DNA from: Patescibacteria group bacterium
GTDB lineage: Bacteria > Patescibacteriota > Patescibacteriia > UBA10025 > JAHIVO01
DNA: 64,000 nt
Reading direction: 5' to 3'
NCBI GenBank assembly: GCA_049325535.1
Contig: JBMOKY010000001.1
Coordinates: 29,002 to 93,001 of the forward strand
A program made the translations under genes and the position numbers. Shown here piece after piece: positions 56,838-64,000 of this stretch (position 1 is the first letter of the stretch; every line of letters starts with the position of its first letter). Below the pieces are notes generated by a model. The model saw only the letters and a list, made by a program, of their open reading frames with translations, was not told the DNA's origin and ran no database searches.

Positions 56838-57136
56838 ACTCTGGGAGGGTATTGTGAAAGCGCTCCTGGTCCCGTATCAGGCGTAGCCATGGTACGGGAT
56901 AACCATCTGAGCTCGTCGCCCCAAAAAACAAACAAAAAACACAGCTATTATTGACTAGATTCTATCAGGTTATGACGAAATTGCAACGGCATAGCTGTGC
57001 TGCTTGGTGGAGGGGTCCCTTAACACCTGAAAAGCGATAAGAATTTGCCAGAGTTCCGTTATGTTCATCCCGCCATTGCTGGCGTAGATGGACGACCGTT
57101 TAATCTAAGATTTGCATCTTAGAAAAATTCTCCTTA

Positions 57137-58655
<1,519 letters not shown>

Positions 58656-59088
58656 AGAGATTGCTTCCATCTGCGGAAAACAGATGGATGGCTCTCAATA
58701 ATTGTAATCGCTTTGTTGACCTGTGCGATAAGCAGGTTGTGATTAATACCAGCGCTCTTCGCGCGTGATAATAACCGTGGAATCTGGTAATGTTCTTACC
58801 ACTTTTCAGTTGTTAATGGACTCCAAGACGATTGTTATAAGGATGGCCGTACCTGGACCTGTACGCTGCTTGAAATCAGCTGGTCTCAGGAGGCATTCGC
58901 AGATAAAGTTGAAATAAAAAATCCTGGGTGGCCAGGATGCATAATTATTACGAAGAAATTCAGTGATTTGAAAATTGTTCGTAATTAATATGCTCGCTAG
59001 GCCATTTCCTTTCTTTTTTCTGTCAACTTAGCGAATTTTCATCCACCAATCGTGGTGTGGATTATTGTAAGCTATTTCCCAGATAGTG

Positions 59089-59745
59089 TCAAGAATTTGT
59101 CCTCTGGGCAGATTTTCCAGTCCGCCAGGCCTTAATTTCCTTATGATTTCCCGATAGCAATTCATTTGGCACCCGCTTGCCTTTAAAAGTTTCTGGACGG
59201 GTGTACTGGGGATATTCGAGGTAGCCAGTGGTGCTATGTGACTCCTCCGTGGTGGATGTTGAGTCCCCGAGCACGCCGGGGATGAGCCTCGTCACCGCGT
59301 CCGTGATTACGAGTGATGGCAGTTCACCGCCCGTTAGTACATAGTTGCCAATCGAGATTTCTTCATCCACGTAATGCATAATCCGCTCATCGACGCCTTC
59401 GTAATGGCCGGCGATGAGGATGAGGTGGTTGTATTTTTTTGCATAGCTCTGAGCCATTTTATGATCAAAGGTTTTACCTTTGGCTGAGAGAAGGATGGTC
59501 CGCGCTTTCTTTTTGCGTCTGATTGATTTTAAACAACGATAAATCGGCTCCACCTTCATGACCATACCGGGGCCACCGCCGTAGGGTCGATCATCGGTGG
59601 TGTGGTGTTTGTCAGTAGCATAGTCGCGGATATTATGTATCTGCACGTCAATAAGTTTGTTTTTCCGCGCTCGTTTCAAAATACTCTCGCCAAGGTAAGA
59701 GTTATATATGTCGGGGAATATGGTCAGAAGGTCGAAGCGATACAT
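59089..59745 (-). CDS. trmD: tRNA (guanine37-N1)-methyltransferase
   Basis: MYRFDLLTIFPDIY...YGGGPGMVMKVEPI...GHYEGVDERI motifs. Confidence 0.9.
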   Translation of the reverse strand: MYRFDLLTIFPDIYNSYLGESILKRARKNKLIDVQIHNIRDYATDKHHTTDDRPYGGGPGMVMKVEPIYRCLKSIRRKKKARTILLSAKGKTFDHKMAQSYAKKYNHLILIAGHYEGVDERIMHYVDEEISIGNYVLTGGELPSLVITDAVTRLIPGVLGDSTSTTEESHSTTGYLEYPQYTRPETFKGKRVPNELLSGNHKEIKAWRTGKSAQRTNS

Positions 59746-59814
59746 AGTGTCAGTATAAACCAAAAACCGCCTGGGGTATACCCGGGACGGTTTTGGCGAT
59801 TTTTTGTATCGAAT

Positions 59815-60138
59815 TTATATTTTGAGATCGTCGACAGCTGAGGTGTCAGCTTCTTCTTCACGTGATCCACCTCTGTTCCCTTTGCGGAAACCTTCTGGTT
59901 CGTGGATCTTCAAGTTGACGCGTGCGTGGTTTTTGGCGCCGACGACACGGAGTAGGGTGCGAACGGCTTTTGCCGTTTGGCCCTGCCGGCCAATCACCTG
60001 TCCGAGGTCCTGGGGATTCACCTTGAGGGTGATGAGTACCCCCATCTCATCGACGGTTCGATCCGAGGAAACATCCTCGGGACGGTCAACGAGTGCCTTT
60101 ACCACGTACTCGACAAACTCTTGATCTTTTTCTGCCAT
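59815..60138 (-). CDS. KH-domain RNA-binding protein (YlqC-like)
   Basis: VIGRQGQTAKAVRTLL GXXG-containing KH motif. Position between rpsP and trmD is typical. Confidence 0.8.
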   Translation of the reverse strand: MAEKDQEFVEYVVKALVDRPEDVSSDRTVDEMGVLITLKVNPQDLGQVIGRQGQTAKAVRTLLRVVGAKNHARVNLKIHEPEGFRKGNRGGSREEEADTSAVDDLKI

Positions 60139-60274
60139 GTTCGTCGATACGTTAGCTGCTGATTAATTGATGTGCATTGTGTTGTTTGGTACCAGTCTGT
60201 CGACCAAAGCAGAGCTGGACGTATTCACAGGATACCAACGCCCCCCGGGAGTGTCAACCCCGCGAAATCGGCCA

Positions 60275-62410
60275 CTAGTAGCAGGCGATTGATTCATAGA
60301 TGCTGGTGCAGTGCATGATGCCCCATTTGTTTTTTCGGCAGGTATCGCGCACGGTGACGCTGACCGGAAGCTGAGTTACATTCGTACCATCGCTGACCAT
60401 AGCATTGACGAGATAGGTGCCGGCACTGTGTTCATCGGTGAACCAGGCAAATGAATGCCGCCCCGGCCAGCATCCGGACATATCCACAAAACGCGGATCA
60501 TCTACCCAATAGGTCAGAGCGTCACCCTCTGGGTCGGTGGCATTGATAGTGATGACGGCCCGCTGGCGCTCATCGACGGCAATCGAATCGATCGGCGCGA
60601 TGGCCGGCGGGCAGTTGTCACATACGGTGGGCGTGGTGAGCGGGTAATGGTCTGTCACCGTGCCCGCTAGAAACAGCGGTTCGTCACAAATGCCATCGGA
60701 ATTTACGTCCGCGCATCCCTCGCTGGGCTCGTCGTAGTCGCTGTAGTAATTACCTCGGCCATCCACGTCGGCTACCCCTTCATAAACTAACGCCTGATAA
60801 TAGCTGTCCGACATGCTATGGTATCCGTTTTCCACAAACGTATTTCCCGTGACGACCGTTCCAGTTAGTTCATCGTGCATATATACTGCCGAACCGCCGA
60901 AGAGGCCATCGTACCAGCCATTGTGATAGAAATAATTCTCGGTAATATGCCAGTTTACTGCCACACCGGGTAGCGACACCGCCACCCCGTCGAATACCTG
61001 GTAGCTGATATGGTTATGACTGATGGTGACATCGCTGATCGGTACCTGGGGCGCCTGATCCGGCCATGATTGATAATACATCACCCGGATCCCCCACTGA
61101 CAGTAACTGATGTCATTGTCCGTGAGCGTGGTATGGGAGGTGCCATTGGCGAGACTGATGCCATTGGCTGATCCGGTCGGACAGACGATGGTATTGCCGG
61201 TTGCGGTGTTGTCATGGGGAAAATAGTGGGTAGGGACGCCTCCGTCGGTTATGGTTTGGTATTGGAAATATAAACCATTCAAAATAAATACCTCAATATT
61301 GTTGTTACGTATCGTATTGTGATGGGCGTCGTGGAGTATGGCAACAGCGGCTGTATAATTTTCCACCCGAATGGTATTGTCTTCGATCAAGTTATTGTAC
61401 GCCGCTTGGCGGTATGCTGGATTGATTGGATTATAGTTAGACGGAAATCCATCGAGCTGTATGGCCATCAGTTCACCGCCGTACGTATTTTCATTGCGAA
61501 TAGTGTTGTGGTGGATGTGGTTATCATGGGCGCCACGGTCAAGTTTGACGGCAACGCCGGGTGGCGTAGTCTGGGTCGGGCCTCCCTGAGCCGCCCAATC
61601 AAACGTATTGTGGTGAATTTCATTGGAGCTCGAATCCTGGAAAATATGGACGCCTTTGTTGTTGTGGGTGGTATTGTAGGCTATGGTATTGTCGGACGAT
61701 TGGGCGGTGAGAATGGTGAAATATGCGTCCGGCCACCAATACCCATCGTCATTGTCCGCCGATCGTACATTATTCATTACGCTGCTCTGGGTGACGTGCG
61801 CCAGATATATGTCAGCCCAGTAGAGAGATTGATTGATGAATGTGTTATTCGTGACCGTGAGATCGGCGATGGTCCCGAGGCTGGTATTTTCACTGCCCGC
61901 CCATACCGATACGAAAAAATTTTTGAATGTGCAGTTTTTTACCGTGATCCCGCTTCGTCCCGGGTAGACGTATACCCCATCTGTCAGATGCTGGCTGGTG
62001 ATATCTTCTAGCGTAGCGCCATTACAGTCGAGAGTGACATCGTCAGCATCGATAGTGATCAGAGTGGTCCCCGGCGTGCTGCTATAGTAGGTGGTATCAG
62101 CGCAGAGGGTCAGGTCATCGGTCAGTGGCATCGGCGGCAGCGTGCAGTCGCCCGGTGATTGCGTTAGTGCGGTCGGAGAGAGCTTAATCGGCGTGGGCCA
62201 GCGGGTAGCGGTGATACGCAAATAGGGCGGCAGGGGGGCAGCCGTCTGATAGGCGATATGTATCGGCGTCTGGATCGTGTCTTGGCTCGTATCGATTATC
62301 TCATCGGTTATCGGTGCGAGGTCGATTGTAGCAGCGGCCGTGATGGCATCCGCTGGCGTCACCAAAGCACAGAGGGTGCCGATGGCGAGTATGTATACAA
62401 TAGTTTTCAT
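60275..62410 (-). CDS. Secreted right-handed beta-helix (pectin-lyase-fold) repeat protein with a C-terminal Ig-like (DxDGD...LTY) domain
   Basis: Signal peptide MKTIVYILAIGTLCALVTPADA. Repeated NNTF/HHNTIRNN/ITENYF beta-helix repeats. C-terminal NATDPEGDALTYWV. Confidence 0.6.
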   Translation of the reverse strand: MKTIVYILAIGTLCALVTPADAITAAATIDLAPITDEIIDTSQDTIQTPIHIAYQTAAPLPPYLRITATRWPTPIKLSPTALTQSPGDCTLPPMPLTDDLTLCADTTYYSSTPGTTLITIDADDVTLDCNGATLEDITSQHLTDGVYVYPGRSGITVKNCTFKNFFVSVWAGSENTSLGTIADLTVTNNTFINQSLYWADIYLAHVTQSSVMNNVRSADNDDGYWWPDAYFTILTAQSSDNTIAYNTTHNNKGVHIFQDSSSNEIHHNTFDWAAQGGPTQTTPPGVAVKLDRGAHDNHIHHNTIRNENTYGGELMAIQLDGFPSNYNPINPAYRQAAYNNLIEDNTIRVENYTAAVAILHDAHHNTIRNNNIEVFILNGLYFQYQTITDGGVPTHYFPHDNTATGNTIVCPTGSANGISLANGTSHTTLTDNDISYCQWGIRVMYYQSWPDQAPQVPISDVTISHNHISYQVFDGVAVSLPGVAVNWHITENYFYHNGWYDGLFGGSAVYMHDELTGTVVTGNTFVENGYHSMSDSYYQALVYEGVADVDGRGNYYSDYDEPSEGCADVNSDGICDEPLFLAGTVTDHYPLTTPTVCDNCPPAIAPIDSIAVDERQRAVITINATDPEGDALTYWVDDPRFVDMSGCWPGRHSFAWFTDEHSAGTYLVNAMVSDGTNVTQLPVSVTVRDTCRKNKWGIMHCTSIYESIACY

Positions 62411-62529
62411 GGTATATATCGCTCAAAAAATAAAAGTGGCCTTAGTATATGGTACTAAAGTAATCGTTGCATCCCCCCGACGGTTGTAAAAAACTTTTTT
62501 GCGGGAAGGTGATGGGCCAAGTAGGCGAC

Positions 62530-62883
62530 CTAGGCAGTTTTTTCAGCTGTGGGAGCAGCCGGCGCAGCAGGTTGTGCTGCTGGCGCGGTGGCGGCTGGGG
62601 TTTCCTCGGCTGGTTTTTTCTTGATATTGGCGACGGCCCGTTTTGCCTGACTGATAATTTTTTGATCGACGAGCAAGTTGTGGACGGTCCCAGACGCCTG
62701 AGCGCCGTGTGCCAACCAGTACTTGATGCGATCAGCTTTCAGGTCAGTGGCATTGGTATGCGGATTATGCGTGCCGACCAGCTCCAAATAGTCGCCTTTC
62801 GTGTCCTTGGTTTTTTCTGAAACCACGACGCGATAGAGCGGATGGTGCTTTTTGCCAATACGTGATAATCGTATCATTAACAT
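62530..62883 (-). CDS. rpsP: 30S ribosomal protein S16 with an Ala/Pro-rich C-terminal extension
   Basis: MLMIRLSRIGKKHHPLYRVVVSEKTKDTKGDYLELVGTHNPH is canonical S16. The ~35-aa tail is PAEETPAATAPAAQPAAPAAPTAEKTA. Confidence 0.85.
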   Translation of the reverse strand: MLMIRLSRIGKKHHPLYRVVVSEKTKDTKGDYLELVGTHNPHTNATDLKADRIKYWLAHGAQASGTVHNLLVDQKIISQAKRAVANIKKKPAEETPAATAPAAQPAAPAAPTAEKTA

Positions 62884-62925
62884 AGTAGCTGTATGGTAGG
62901 GAAAAGTGTCTGGCCTGTCAAGCGT

Positions 62926-64000
62926 CTAGCGATTCACTATTTTTTCCGCCTCTTCCATGTTCATGGAAAGCAGTTTGGAAACCCCATCATCTCCCATGGT
63001 GACACCGTAGAGCAGAAGGGCTTTGTTCATGGTCGCTCGATTATGGGTGATGATGATAAATTGGGTTTTATCGGAGAGGCGGTCGACGATGGCGGAAAAA
63101 CGGATGGAATTCGATTCATCCAGCGCCGCATCGACTTCGTCGAGGATTACAAACGGCGACGGGTTATTATGGATAATGGCGCAGAGCAGGGCAATAGATG
63201 TCATGGCACGCTCTCCGCCCGAAAGCATGCTGATGCCGCGCAGACGTTTGCCGGGCGGGGTGGCATGTATGTCGATACCAGTGACTACTTTTTCTCCGGT
63301 TGGCCGGGGGGCTGATTTTTCAGCTGGTGCATCGGCGTCCGCTTCATCAATATCGTCATCGTCTTCTTCATCGTCTTCATCAGTGGTTTGTTCACTTTCC
63401 GGACGGACTTCTTCGCGCACCAGACTCAAGCTGGCATTTCCGCCTTTGAAAAGTATTTTAAAGTATTCAGTGAAATGCGCGTTAATCCGTTCGAATGCTT
63501 TGGTGAATTGTTTTTTGATAGTTTCGTCCAGCTCGGCAATAATTTTTTCCAGATCATCGACGGCTTTTTGCAGGTCGGCACTCTGGGTGGTGAGAAAGTC
63601 ATAGCGTTCCTTGGTTTGTTGGTATTCGGTCGATACGTCTGTATCGATACCGCCGATCAATTCAAGCTGATGTTTCAGTTTTTGGATATCGCCGAACAGT
63701 TCGGGCTGATGATCACTTGTAGCCTCCGCCGCGTATACCGTATCCCGCTCCTCGTCGGACAGTTCGTCGACCATTTCTCGTTCCAGATCCTCCTGCCGGG
63801 TTTCAAGTTTTGCCAGCTCGATTTTGACCTCATTTTGTGACTGGATACGCTCGTTTAATTCCTGCTGCTTGCTGCGGAGTTCCTGTTGCAATTTAAATAC
63901 TTCCTCTTTCTGTTCCTGTTCACGTTCGTTGAATCCCGATAATTCCGTGTTGATACTGTCGAGTTGTGCATCCAGCTTGGCTATATGGGTAGCCAATGAC
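62926..64000 (-). CDS. smc: Chromosome segregation protein SMC, C-terminal portion (gene continues past the 3' edge of the window)
   Basis: C-terminal head with ABC signature LSGGERAMTSIALLCAIIH and Walker B ILDEVDAALD. Upstream coiled-coil. Confidence 0.85.
   Translation of the reverse strand, partial: SLATHIAKLDAQLDSINTELSGFNEREQEQKEEVFKLQQELRSKQQELNERIQSQNEVKIELAKLETRQEDLEREMVDELSDEERDTVYAAEATSDHQPELFGDIQKLKHQLELIGGIDTDVSTEYQQTKERYDFLTTQSADLQKAVDDLEKIIAELDETIKKQFTKAFERINAHFTEYFKILFKGGNASLSLVREEVRPESEQTTDEDDEEDDDDIDEADADAPAEKSAPRPTGEKVVTGIDIHATPPGKRLRGISMLSGGERAMTSIALLCAIIHNNPSPFVILDEVDAALDESNSIRFSAIVDRLSDKTQFIIITHNRATMNKALLLYGVTMGDDGVSKLLSMNMEEAEKIVNR

Overview
This 64-kb window is a gene-dense bacterial chromosomal segment, almost entirely housekeeping, with roughly 50-55% GC. 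Several traits are reminiscent of an uncultivated Patescibacteria/CPR-like or similarly streamlined bacterium; that lineage call is inference only. The traits are an H+-pyrophosphatase, class III anaerobic ribonucleotide reductase, a type IV pilus locus, an RRM RNA-binding protein, many tRNAs, a 16S rRNA with no 23S nearby, and a rearranged rpsP-KH-trmD operon. Recognisable genes, in order: type IV pilus (pilC fragment, pilM, pilin), rplS, rluD-like, cca, a MacB/FtsX-type ABC pair, CbiM with a PDGLE protein, an SDR oxidoreductase, xerC/D, rpsO, an NYN protein, pnp, cmk, rnhB, yraN, nusA, hppA, two plsC-like acyltransferases, a PaaK-like ligase, a patatin-like lipase, a CarS (DUF46)-like protein, trigger factor, nfo, metallophosphatases, suhB, a riboflavin-kinase-like gene, a SpoU methyltransferase, nrdD/nrdG, a GT2 glycosyltransferase, two HD hydrolases, an alkyltransferase-like (ATL) protein, a T4 endonuclease V-like glycosylase, pterin-4a-carbinolamine dehydratase, a MazG-like pyrophosphatase, trmD, a KH protein, rpsP and an smc fragment. 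There are also 11 tRNAs, one 16S rRNA (minus strand, about 57137-58655) and several clean sigma70-like promoters and intrinsic terminators. The most interesting item is a three-gene minus-strand operon at 39942-44782: a stand-alone ATP-grasp, a signal-peptide plus multi-TM '7TM-inactive-transglutaminase'-like protein, and a 779-aa fusion of a RimK-like ATP-grasp with a QEGLA/DUF1704 domain. This looks like an experimentally uncharacterised amidoligase/peptide-modification system. Other notable items are a 390-nt promoter-to-terminator structured orphan RNA at 25040-25426, and hairpin-invaded pseudo-tRNA copies around tRNA-Phe, tRNA-Ile and tRNA-Gly. A lipid acyl-remodelling island in a genome that otherwise looks lipid-biosynthesis-poor, a small DNA-repair island with a 557-aa unknown protein, and several large hypothetical proteins (the W/C/R-rich 505-aa ORF, and 608-aa and 711-aa secreted proteins) are also worth a second look. 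No CRISPR array, transposase or prophage was seen.
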